Shown here piece after piece: positions 18,570 to 26,891 of a DNA stretch of 42,433 nt. Position 1 is the stretch's first letter. The number at the start of each line of letters is the position of its first letter. Source of the DNA: an uncultured Candidatus Saccharimonas sp. Lineage in GTDB: Bacteria; Patescibacteriota; Saccharimonadia; Saccharimonadales; AWTP1-31. Under the pieces are notes generated by a model that saw only the letters and a program-made list of their open reading frames with translations, was not told the DNA's origin and made no database searches. Location of the stretch: assembly GCA_943354005.1 (NCBI GenBank), contig CALRBE010000007.1, positions 1-42,433 on the forward strand. The letters are read 5' to 3'. The position numbers were made by a program, and so were the translations under genes.

Positions 18570-18923
18570 ATGAAGCTATCAAATAAATATCTGCACGACC
18601 GTCTTATCCTAATATTGCTTACAGTGAATAGTTTCTTTACTCTACTGGGCTCTGCTTTAATCCTGTTACGTTTGAGTAGTAGTACTGGTGTCATCTGGTC
18701 AGCTTACCGCTCTAATTTAGGAATTAGCCCTTATACACCTGGAAAGACAGTTGATATCTTAGGATTTATCTTGTTCCTGATTGTTATTTTTGGCATGAAT
18801 ACGGTACTAAGCGTTAAGGTATACCAGCATCATCGAAATTACGCCGTTGCGGTACTAGGCCTGGGTACTTTACTTATATTTATGACTATAATAATTAGTA
18901 ACGCCCTTCTAGTCTTGAGATAA
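18570..18923 (+). CDS. Small polytopic membrane protein
   Basis: About 117 aa from the ATG at 18570 (the ORF track extends to a TTG at 18534). Three to four TM helices. Lies immediately upstream of the glycosyltransferase gene. Confidence 0.5.
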   Translation: MKLSNKYLHDRLILILLTVNSFFTLLGSALILLRLSSSTGVIWSAYRSNLGISPYTPGKTVDILGFILFLIVIFGMNTVLSVKVYQHHRNYAVAVLGLGTLLIFMTIIISNALLVLR

Positions 18924-18926
18924 TCC

Positions 18927-20543
18927 ATGAAAGTTTCAGACATTGAGATACCTTATGAAGGACATCGCGATGCACGCTATCGCTTCTTTGAGATTGTGCC
19001 GGGTGCAATAAGCTGGTCAATTCTAATTGTGCCGTTTATTTTAAGTATAGTTAGTCCGCCACTTACCATTTTCTTCATTATTTCCTATATGCTTCTTTGG
19101 TTCGTGAAGTCTATCGCAATGAATTTGCGCGCATTTCAGGGCTGGCAGACTATGAAGCAACATCGTCGACTAAAATGGCTTGAGCTCATCAAGGATGTAC
19201 AGACTGAAACAATTGGAAACTCAGATATTGAACGACCCAAGTGGCATCTTGCCAATATTGAACGCCTTAAAACCTATCCTGCTCTTGTGAAGCCGCAAGA
19301 TATTGTTCAGGTCGCAATGATCGCTACATATAAGGAGGCTCGCGAGGTACTTGAGCCAACTATAAAATCAGTGCTAGCTTCACATTATGATATGAAGAAG
19401 ATTATTCTTGTCATTGCTCATGAAGAGCGGGGTGGTGAAGAGGCTGCTCAAAGAGTAAGAGAACTCATTAAAGAATATAAGGGTGAGTTTATGGATGCTT
19501 TTGCCGTAATGCACCCCGCAGATATTCCCAATGAAGTTATTGGTAAGGGCGGCAACGTTACTTATGCCGGAAGAGAAGTACAGCGCTATCTTGAAAAGAA
19601 GAAAATTGACCCCATTAATGTTATCTTGACTACTCTTGATGCCGATAACAGACCTCATCCATCTTATTTCGCGGCGACTGCTTATACATATTGTTTATGT
19701 CCTGACCCTAGATACATCTCTTTTCAGCCAGTACCACTCTATACCAATAATATTTGGGATGCTCCAGCACCGATGCGCGTCGTAGCAACTGGTAACTCAT
19801 TCTGGCAGACAGTAGTCGCTCTAAGGCCTCATATATTACGTAATTTTTCAGCACATGCTCAGTCTATGCAGACTCTCATAGACACTGACTTCTGGAGCGT
19901 ACGCACTATTGTCGAAGATGGTCACCAATTCTGGCGAACTTATTTCCGTTACGATGGGCGTCACGAAGTCTATCCAATATTCCTGCCTATTTATCAGGAC
20001 GCCGTATTCTCGACAACCTACGTTAAGACACTCAAAGCTCAGTTTGTGCAGATGCGTCGTTGGGCGTGGGGTGCCTCTGACCTCGCGTACGTCGTTACGA
20101 CAGGCTTTTTTAAGAAGAATAAAGCACCAAAAAAAGATGTACTATTTAAGTCGCTCCGCCTCCTAGAAGGGCATGTAAGTTGGGCTACGTCCGCTCTTAT
20201 CATTACATTCTCAGCATTTGTTCCGGCTCTCGTTAACCCCAAGGACTTCGGAGCCACGCAATTACCAATAACAATAAGCAACCTACAACGTATCGCTATG
20301 TTCGGTATATTCTTTACATTATTCTTTAGTTTAAGGACACTACCGCCGAAACCTAAGAGATACAAGGCTCATCGTTCATTATTTATGGTTCTCCAGTGGG
20401 TTTATCTGCCGATCACCACGATCGTATATAGTAGTTTTTCTGCGCTCTATTCACAGACACGACTAATGTTCGGTAAGTATCTTGATAAATTCGATGTTAC
20501 AGACAAAGCGGTAGTAACAGAAGAGAACAAAACAGTTATATAG
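18927..20543 (+). CDS. Membrane-embedded family-2 glycosyltransferase (processive synthase-like)
   Basis: 538 aa. TLDADNRPHP (D,D,D-type motif) and QMRRWAWG (QxxRW) are flanked by TM helices. Confidence 0.8.
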   Translation: MKVSDIEIPYEGHRDARYRFFEIVPGAISWSILIVPFILSIVSPPLTIFFIISYMLLWFVKSIAMNLRAFQGWQTMKQHRRLKWLELIKDVQTETIGNSDIERPKWHLANIERLKTYPALVKPQDIVQVAMIATYKEAREVLEPTIKSVLASHYDMKKIILVIAHEERGGEEAAQRVRELIKEYKGEFMDAFAVMHPADIPNEVIGKGGNVTYAGREVQRYLEKKKIDPINVILTTLDADNRPHPSYFAATAYTYCLCPDPRYISFQPVPLYTNNIWDAPAPMRVVATGNSFWQTVVALRPHILRNFSAHAQSMQTLIDTDFWSVRTIVEDGHQFWRTYFRYDGRHEVYPIFLPIYQDAVFSTTYVKTLKAQFVQMRRWAWGASDLAYVVTTGFFKKNKAPKKDVLFKSLRLLEGHVSWATSALIITFSAFVPALVNPKDFGATQLPITISNLQRIAMFGIFFTLFFSLRTLPPKPKRYKAHRSLFMVLQWVYLPITTIVYSSFSALYSQTRLMFGKYLDKFDVTDKAVVTEENKTVI

Positions 20544-20554
20544 TTCTCATGGAG

Positions 20555-20962
20555 CTAAGCTTTGACAGGGTGGTAAGCGCCGTAGTGTACTCCTGCAACC
20601 GTATCAAAACGTCCTAGCGTTTTTAATGTTATGTCACGAATTGTGCGAGATGAAACTGATGCATCCTCAATTAGGGGATACAAGTGCTTAATGATTGTGT
20701 CTGTGAGCAATGTAGCGCTCGTCTGAGCGTCTTTTTGGTGTTTACAGCTGTCATATATACTCACAAGAAGTTTGTCCCTGGAGAAAGGGCTTGGACGCTT
20801 AGAGCCGGTTACAATAATTGCCGTTGAAAGATCAATGACCTCTATAGTCGTACAGACTGCCGAGCATTTTTCGCATGATCTACGTCGCCAAGTAGCGTTA
20901 GATCGCTTCTGGCTTCGAGAGTTTGTTACACGGGTAGATCCCCCGCAATATATGCATACCAT
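20555..20962 (-). CDS. nrdR: Transcriptional repressor NrdR
   Basis: 135 aa. N-terminal zinc ribbon (CIYCGG...CEKC) and an ATP-cone-like segment (PFSRDKLLVSIYDSC). Confidence 0.85.
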   Translation of the reverse strand: MVCIYCGGSTRVTNSRSQKRSNATWRRRSCEKCSAVCTTIEVIDLSTAIIVTGSKRPSPFSRDKLLVSIYDSCKHQKDAQTSATLLTDTIIKHLYPLIEDASVSSRTIRDITLKTLGRFDTVAGVHYGAYHPVKA

Positions 20963-21333
20963 GTCTATATATTGTCATAGCCCTGTAAATAATGCTAGTG
21001 GATAACCTATCAAAAGATGTGGGTAAATAGGGAAGTATTACCAAAATATCAAAAAAGAGACTCGTAGGGTCGAGACTAATAAGTTTACGTATGTTTTATA
21101 AATCCTCTACGAAGTAGAAGAGACACGAACACGTCGAATTCGATTGATTCGCTTTGAAGAAACGAGTTCTTCATAAAAGAGCTGAAAGCTCTCAAGCGAA
21201 CTTTGCTTGTTGGTACTCAAAACCAAAAACACCTCTGTTTAACTAGCTTATGTTAACACAAAATACATAAAAATACAAGATACATGGAGCCAAGGGAGTA
21301 ATGATACTAGGTCTCGGTGCAGTATCTACTGGA

Positions 21334-21368
21334 AATAAAAAAGGATCATTTACTTAAGAAATGATCCT
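21334..21368 (-). terminator. Rho-independent terminator downstream of tRNA-Val
   Basis: 10-bp perfect stem AGGATCATTT/AAATGATCCT, followed on the minus strand by TTTTTATTT. Confidence 0.65.
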
Positions 21369-21379
21369 GAATCCATATT

Positions 21380-21456
21380 TGGTGGGCGATAGAGGATTCG
21401 AACCTCTCACCTCCTGAACGTCAATCAGGCGCTCTAGCCAAATGAGCTAATCACCC
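21380..21456 (-). tRNA. tRNA-Val (anticodon GAC)
   Basis: Reverse complement GGGTGATTAGCTCATTTGGCTAGAGCGCCTGATTGACGTTCAGGAGG...GGTTCGAATCCTCTATCGCCCACCA. Anticodon loop is ttGACgt. Confidence 0.9.
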
Positions 21457-21658
21457 ACGGGATTACAGGGACCATAATATCATAATTTGAAGCCGTTGGG
21501 TATAGGTCAGGGAAGTGGGTATACTCTTTATGGTATATTATTTGAACTTGTTATCCCCAGCATTAATGTACAAAAAACAATATTAATATACTAGCCATAT
21601 AATACTAACCTTGTTATGATGGTTGGAGTGAAGTTTTGAGTCATGTTTTTTTGAAAGA

Positions 21659-21700
21659 CGATTGAATGAAATGCGAGATCATTCAATCGCTTTTTCTTTT
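21659..21700 (+). terminator. Orphan rho-independent terminator-like hairpin
   Basis: 11-bp perfect stem CGATTGAATGA/TCATTCAATCG with a 9-nt loop (aATGCGAGa), followed by CTTTTTCTTTT. There is no CDS upstream on this strand. Confidence 0.6.
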
Positions 21701-21733
21701 AAGAGAAGGTATACGCACCTCCTAATAGGGGTG

Positions 21734-21916
21734 TGATATAATAGGTTTAAGCGTTGAAGTGGCTTAACCACCCACAGAGCTTCGTCGACATGGTCAGAAC
21801 GTGCGATAACGTGCTGATAAGAGTAAAAGTCTCAGGTGGAACCTCCTAGGTAACTAGGACCCAAGACGCGGAATTAGTGTAGTATCATGCGAGATTACTA
21901 GACGCCGCGTTTTTTT
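21734..21916 (+). promoter_or_regulatory. thrS leader: extended -10 promoter plus a T-box-like antiterminator/terminator
   Basis: TGaTATAAT at 21734-21742. A 7-nt bulge UGGAACC (21837-21843) is flanked by GTCTcaGG/CCcaAGAC and the hairpin TCCTAG-gtaa-CTAGGA. The terminator ACGCGG(21866-21871)...CCGCGT(21905-21910)+T7 overlaps the 3' strand of the antiterminator. Confidence 0.5.
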
Positions 21917-21940
21917 GTTTTATAAGTTTAAGGAGAATGT

Positions 21941-23761
21941 ATGTCAACACAAGAAAATAAACTTCATGCAATGCGACATAGTCTGGCGCATATTACTGCT
22001 ACGGCTGTACAACGTATCTGGCCTGATGCTAAGTTTGGTGTTGGCCCAGTCGTAGAAAACGGCTTTTATTATGATATTGATCTTGGCGATAAGGTTATCT
22101 CTGAAGATAACTTCGGTCGCATCGAAAAAGAGATGAAGAAAGTTATCGCAGCAAATGTCGCATTTAAAAAAACGTCTCTTCCTATAGACGAAGCTATTAT
22201 TTGGGCTAAAGAGAACAAGCAACCCTATAAACTAGAGTTACTCAATGACTTAAAGCGCGCAGGAACGACTGTTGCTAAAGATCTTGATGCCGATGAGCTT
22301 GGCACAATCTCTGAAGGTGAATCGCAAGTTTCTGATGTCTCTTTCTATACCAATGGCGATTTTACCGATCTTTGTCGTGGTCCGCATGTTGCCTCTACAG
22401 GCAATGTGGGCGCTTTTAAGCTAATTCGCATTGCAGGTGCATATTGGAGAGGCAAAGAAGGAAACCCTCAGATGCAGCGCCTCTACGGAGTTGCTTTTGA
22501 AACACAAGAGAAGCTTGATGAATATCTACACATGGTCGAAGAAGCAAAAGCTAGAGACCACCGAAGGCTCGGAACCGAGCTTGATCTATATACGACTTCT
22601 GATTTAGTCGGGTCGGGCTTGCCGTTATTCATGCCTCGAGGAGCAGCACTAAGAGAAAAACTGACTAGTTTTTCAGAGCAGCTACGAAAAGACAATGGTT
22701 TTGAGAGAGTTTGGATTCCGCATATCACTAAAACTAATCTCTACGCTGTTTCCGGCCATCTTGATAAGTTTGGAGATGAGCTATTCTTGGTTAAGAGTCA
22801 GGAAACATCAGATGAATTTGCGCTAAAGCCAATGAACTGCCCTCATCATAACCAGATATTTTCGGCCAAACCACGCAGCTACAAGGAGTTACCGCTAAGA
22901 TACTTCGAGACAACAACTGTTTATAGGGATGAGAAGACGGGTGAACTCGGTGGACTTAACCGTGTAAGATCAATTACTCAAGACGACAGCCATGTTTATG
23001 CTCGACAGTCTCAACTAGAAGCTGAAGTGGGATCCCTCGTAAAACAAGTACAGACGCTCTACAAGACGCTCGGCTTAAATTTGCGGGCACGTTTAAGCTT
23101 TCGTGATGATAGCGACTTGTATCTAGGTGAAAAGAAGCTTTGGGATAGTGCTGAAGCAACAATATTGTCTTTGGCAGAAAAGAATAAGCTCGACTTCTTT
23201 GAAGCAAAAGGCGAAGCTGCTTTTTACGGACCTAAAATCGACTTCATGGGACGCGATGCACTGGGTAGAGAACACCAAGTTGCAACGATACAGCTTGATT
23301 TTGTTCAGCCAGAGCGATTTAATCTGAACTTCGTAAATGAAGAGGGCGGGGATGAGCGTCCTGTAATTATTCATTGTGCACTTCTAGGGTCACTAGAGAG
23401 GTTCCTATCTATCTATATTGAACATACAGCGGGCTGGTTCCCATATTGGTTAGCGCCTGAACAGGTTAGAGTACTTACTATTAATGATTCTGTCGGGGAC
23501 TATGTTAAGCAAGTAGAGGCAATATTGAAAGACACTGTCCTCATGAAGCCTATTAGATACAATGAACTACGCTACAGTGTTGATAATCGAAACGAGTCAT
23601 TAGGACGTAAGATCCGTGATGCTTCAAGATTTAAGATACCGGTCACATTAATCATCGGGCCTAAGGATGTAGCTGCCGACGAAGTCAGCGTACGACTGAA
23701 AGACAAGGAAGAGAAGATTAAGCTCACTGAACTGAAAAAATTCCTCGAAGGGCATGAATAA
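21941..23761 (+). CDS. thrS: Threonine--tRNA ligase
   Basis: 606 aa. Editing-domain HSLAHITA motif, class II core (FALKPMNCPHH, TQDDSHVY, GPKIDF) and a C-terminal anticodon-binding domain. Strong RBS (AAGGAG). Confidence 0.95.
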   Translation: MSTQENKLHAMRHSLAHITATAVQRIWPDAKFGVGPVVENGFYYDIDLGDKVISEDNFGRIEKEMKKVIAANVAFKKTSLPIDEAIIWAKENKQPYKLELLNDLKRAGTTVAKDLDADELGTISEGESQVSDVSFYTNGDFTDLCRGPHVASTGNVGAFKLIRIAGAYWRGKEGNPQMQRLYGVAFETQEKLDEYLHMVEEAKARDHRRLGTELDLYTTSDLVGSGLPLFMPRGAALREKLTSFSEQLRKDNGFERVWIPHITKTNLYAVSGHLDKFGDELFLVKSQETSDEFALKPMNCPHHNQIFSAKPRSYKELPLRYFETTTVYRDEKTGELGGLNRVRSITQDDSHVYARQSQLEAEVGSLVKQVQTLYKTLGLNLRARLSFRDDSDLYLGEKKLWDSAEATILSLAEKNKLDFFEAKGEAAFYGPKIDFMGRDALGREHQVATIQLDFVQPERFNLNFVNEEGGDERPVIIHCALLGSLERFLSIYIEHTAGWFPYWLAPEQVRVLTINDSVGDYVKQVEAILKDTVLMKPIRYNELRYSVDNRNESLGRKIRDASRFKIPVTLIIGPKDVAADEVSVRLKDKEEKIKLTELKKFLEGHE

Positions 23762-24629
23762 AAGCTCAACCCCCAAGCCGCTCATTGTAATTGTTGGCCA
23801 GACCGCCAGTGGAAAGACTAGCCTTGCTATTGAAATTGCGTTGAATTGTGATGGTGAAATAATTTGCGCCGATTCAATGACCATATACAGGAACATGAAT
23901 ATAGGTACGGCAAAGCCTTCGATTGCAGATCAAGAAAGAGTCAAACATCACTTGCTAGATATAGTTGACCCTAATGAAAAGTTCACAGTGCATGATTTTA
24001 AAATGCGTGCCCAAAAAGCTATAGAAGACATTATAGCCCGAGGAAAGGTACCTATTCTCGTGGGAGGCAGCGGCCTTTATATTGATTCAGTGCTATATGA
24101 CTACCAATTTAGACCTAGTGCGCCGTTATCTATTAGGGAAAAGTATGAAAAGTATTCAATAGAAGATCTGCAGGCCGAGCTTATTGATAGAGGAATACCA
24201 ATGCCTGAGAATAGTACTAACAAGAGATATCTAATCCGGGTCGCCGAAATAGGATCAGTAGCTCCGGCACAGAGCACGATACGTCCTAATACATATATTT
24301 TTGGAATCAACATTGATCCCATAGAGCAAAAAGCCCGTAGTAAACGACGATTAGAAGAGATGCTCGAACAAGGGCTAATCGATGAGGTGCGATCGCTTGG
24401 AGAGCTATATGGCTGGGATATTGCTCCCATGCAAGCACCATCCTATAAGGCTTTCCGTGGTTTTGTTATTAATGAGTACGAAATGGGTGAGGCTAAAGAT
24501 AAATGTCTTCAATATGAAGCCCAAATTGCTAAAAAACAACGCACATGGTTTAAGCGAAACAAAAGTATTCAGTGGTATAGTGACCCCAGTAAAATTGTAG
24601 AAATATCAACAACGATATTGAACACTTAG
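23754..24629 (+). CDS. miaA: tRNA dimethylallyltransferase
   Basis: 291 aa. P-loop GQTASGKTSLAIEIA, then ICADSMTIYRNMNIGTAKP and ILVGGSGLY. 8-nt overlap with thrS. Confidence 0.9.
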   Translation: MNKSSTPKPLIVIVGQTASGKTSLAIEIALNCDGEIICADSMTIYRNMNIGTAKPSIADQERVKHHLLDIVDPNEKFTVHDFKMRAQKAIEDIIARGKVPILVGGSGLYIDSVLYDYQFRPSAPLSIREKYEKYSIEDLQAELIDRGIPMPENSTNKRYLIRVAEIGSVAPAQSTIRPNTYIFGINIDPIEQKARSKRRLEEMLEQGLIDEVRSLGELYGWDIAPMQAPSYKAFRGFVINEYEMGEAKDKCLQYEAQIAKKQRTWFKRNKSIQWYSDPSKIVEISTTILNT

Positions 24630-24666
24630 CATATTATTTTATTCTTTAGTCTGTTACACTATTAAT

Positions 24667-25260
24667 ATGATTGAACAGCTTTTTGGATCAAAGACCAGGG
24701 TAAAATTACTGCAACTTTTCTACAGTAATCCAAACCGTTCATTTTATGTGCGTGAAATAACCCGCAAAATTGATGAACAGATAAATTCAGTACGAAGAGA
24801 ACTAGCAAACTTATTGAGTATAGGTATTATCTCTTCAGATAATACAAACAATAAGCTTTACTATGAAGTGGATCAGTCATTCGACTACTATAAGCCGCTA
24901 TCGGCTATGTTTGGTGCTGGAACCGTTAAGGCTGCAGTTAAGACTGCTCGACCGAATCCGAGTCAGGATAATTTGAAGGCCTTAGGTAATGTTGAGCTCG
25001 CACTTTACACGGGGCAATTTACTAGGGATGAAAAAACAGGGGTAGATCTTTTATTAGTAGGGGATATAAACCAGGCCCAGCTCAATAAATACGTAAAGGA
25101 ATTGGAAAAAAAAGAAGGCAAAGAAATAAGGTATACTGTTATGGCGCTAGAAGACTTCAAGTATCGTAAACAGATAAGTGATCGATTCATTGCCAATGTA
25201 TACGAGGCAAAAACACAAATTCTAGTAGATAAACATGATTTGATGAAACCAAAAGGCTAA
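24667..25260 (+). CDS. Winged-helix (ArsR/MarR-like) DNA-binding protein
   Basis: 197 aa. N-terminal TRVKLLQLFYSNPNRSFYVREITRKIDEQINSVRRELANL looks like a wHTH. Confidence 0.55.
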   Translation: MIEQLFGSKTRVKLLQLFYSNPNRSFYVREITRKIDEQINSVRRELANLLSIGIISSDNTNNKLYYEVDQSFDYYKPLSAMFGAGTVKAAVKTARPNPSQDNLKALGNVELALYTGQFTRDEKTGVDLLLVGDINQAQLNKYVKELEKKEGKEIRYTVMALEDFKYRKQISDRFIANVYEAKTQILVDKHDLMKPKG

Positions 25261-25270
25261 AGGGGAATAG

Positions 25271-25903
25271 ATGGAAATACAATATTACGGCGGAAACTGC
25301 ATTAAACTTACAACTAAAAAGGCAGCTATCGTTATTGACGATAATCTCAAGGAGTTAGGTGCTTCTCAGGTAGCAAAGCCTACTGATATACAGCTTTTTA
25401 CTTCACGTATCACTGGTACTGCGCCTAAAGCTAAACTTACTATTGATGGACCGGGTGAATATGAGGTTTCAAACGTCTCTATTAGCGGTTTGGCTGTCAG
25501 GGCACATATAGATGAGAAAGATATGCTAAACGCTACAATATATACTATCGTGGCTGATGCTGTCCGTATCGCAGTAATAGGCCATGTCTATCCAAGCCTT
25601 AATGAAACGCAGCTCGAGTCTATTGGCGTAGTCGATGTTCTTATTGTTCCTGTCGGAGGACATGGCTTTACTCTTGATACTGTCGGAGCACTCAAGGTCA
25701 TTAAGCAGATTGAACCTAAGATTATTATACCAACACAGTACGCTGTTAAAGGTCTCAATTACCCAGTGCCTGCAATAAGTCTTGATGATGCAATCAAAGG
25801 ACTTATTATGGAGCCAAAAGAGACTGTCTCTAAGCTCAAGATAAAGGCTACTGATCTGTTAGGTGAACAGGCGCAACTAATTGTACTAGAGCCGCAAAAA
25901 TAA
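25271..25903 (+). CDS. MBL-fold (UPF0173-like) protein, metal-binding motif apparently degenerate
   Basis: 210 aa. The overall pattern (IQYYGGNCIKL...IVIDD...DVLIVPVGGHG...) resembles small metallo-beta-lactamase-fold proteins, but no HxHxDH motif is visible. Confidence 0.45.
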   Translation: MEIQYYGGNCIKLTTKKAAIVIDDNLKELGASQVAKPTDIQLFTSRITGTAPKAKLTIDGPGEYEVSNVSISGLAVRAHIDEKDMLNATIYTIVADAVRIAVIGHVYPSLNETQLESIGVVDVLIVPVGGHGFTLDTVGALKVIKQIEPKIIIPTQYAVKGLNYPVPAISLDDAIKGLIMEPKETVSKLKIKATDLLGEQAQLIVLEPQK

Positions 25904-25923
25904 TAGGGCATTAACTTTGCATA

Positions 25924-25954
25924 TAAAAAAAGCGCCTATCTAGGCGCTTTTTTT
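25924..25954. terminator. Bidirectional rho-independent terminator
   Basis: AGCGCCTA-tc-TAGGCGCT flanked by A7 and T7. Lies between the convergent MBL-fold gene and rpmB. Confidence 0.8.
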
Positions 25955-25973
25955 AGGTACGAAGTAATTAACC

Positions 25974-26162
25974 TTACAATAGGCCTTTTTTCTTTAATGT
26001 ACGAATAGCTTGAGTGCTAATCTTTAAAGTTACTTTTTTGCCATCTACAACAACTGTTTTAGTCTGAAGGTTAGGCTTCCAGACTTTTTTAGTGTGTCGT
26101 TGAGAGAAGCTAACGTTGCTTCCGTATTGTTTGCCTTTACCGGTGAGTTCACATTTTTGCAT
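25974..26162 (-). CDS. rpmB: 50S ribosomal protein L28
   Basis: 62 aa: MQKCELTGKGKQYGSNVSFSQRHTKKVWKPNLQ... Confidence 0.93.
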   Translation of the reverse strand: MQKCELTGKGKQYGSNVSFSQRHTKKVWKPNLQTKTVVVDGKKVTLKISTQAIRTLKKKGLL

Positions 26163-26237
26163 TGCTTTACATTTCCTATTAGATTCAAGGTGTTATTTTA
26201 GATTGAATACGGCGTAAAGTCAAGTATACTAAAGGGA

Positions 26238-26867
26238 ATGTTTTCACAAATTAGCGGTAACGAACTGATTATAATATTTACTTCAATAATTCTCTCAATG
26301 GGAATTCATGAAGCCATGCATGCATTTACGGCCCACTGGCTTGGCGACACGACCGCAAAAGATCATGGTAGACTGACTCTTAACCCCTTAAAACATATAG
26401 ATATAGTCACGACAGTCTTACTTCCTATGGTCCTTATATTATTTGGGATGCAACCTTTCTTCATAGCAAAACCGGTCCCATTTAACCCTGAACGAGTTCG
26501 CTTCAATGAATTTGGAGCTGCTCTTATAGGAATAGCTGGTCCACTAACAAACTTAATGCTTGCTGTACTTGCAGCAGGTATTATCCGACTCTTTGGTATA
26601 GCAGTCGGCACGGAGTTGTTCACGATAATGAGCCTATTCATACAAGTTAACCTAGGTTTCTTCGTTTTTAACATGATTCCTTTTCCGCCCTTGGATGGAT
26701 CTCGGCTTCTTTATGCATTCGCCCCAGAACCAGTGCAAAGACTAATGTATGGTATTGAAAGAGGGGGTATTATGACGATTTTACTATTTATGTTCTTCTT
26801 CTTCCCATTCATAGGTCCACTTGTCGGCAATATTGTTAATAGTATGTATATATTTTTGGTAGGTTAG
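26238..26867 (+). CDS. Site-2 protease family (M50) membrane metalloprotease
   Basis: 209 aa. HEAMHAF (HExxH) lies in a TM helix, and NMIPFPPLDGSRLL (NxxPxxxLDG) is present. Confidence 0.8.
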   Translation: MFSQISGNELIIIFTSIILSMGIHEAMHAFTAHWLGDTTAKDHGRLTLNPLKHIDIVTTVLLPMVLILFGMQPFFIAKPVPFNPERVRFNEFGAALIGIAGPLTNLMLAVLAAGIIRLFGIAVGTELFTIMSLFIQVNLGFFVFNMIPFPPLDGSRLLYAFAPEPVQRLMYGIERGGIMTILLFMFFFFPFIGPLVGNIVNSMYIFLVG

Positions 26868-26891
26868 CCGGTTTTGCACTATACTAAATAG

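Noticed and set aside
20962-20977. NrdR-box-like sequence (TGACAATATATAGACA on the minus strand) abutting the nrdR start codon
   Set aside because: It matches the core CwAtATaTwG of the published consensus, but the outer positions fail. It is not palindromic, and I found no second box at the usual ~31-bp spacing. It cannot be distinguished from an AT-rich chance match.
21231-21258. dif-like Xer site (TTATGTTAACA resembles the XerD arm TTATGTTAAAT)
   Set aside because: With the canonical 6-bp central region, the left arm (ACCTCTGTTTA) does not end in the expected ATAA. It is also not an inverted copy of the right arm. Only a loose TGTT(T)AAC/GTTAACA symmetry with an 8-bp spacer exists.
20997-21559. 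Replication origin / DnaA boxes in the long non-coding regions
   Set aside because: I saw only isolated one-mismatch boxes: AGTGGATAA at 20997-21005 and TTATCCCCA at 21551-21559. There is no cluster and no dnaA or dnaN nearby. gyrB here is preceded by the adhesin gene rather than recF.
21617-21640. 7-codon ORF (MMVGVKF) upstream of the orphan terminator, as a possible leader peptide
   Set aside because: It has no RBS and no Thr or other regulatory codon run, so an attenuation-peptide model is unsupported.
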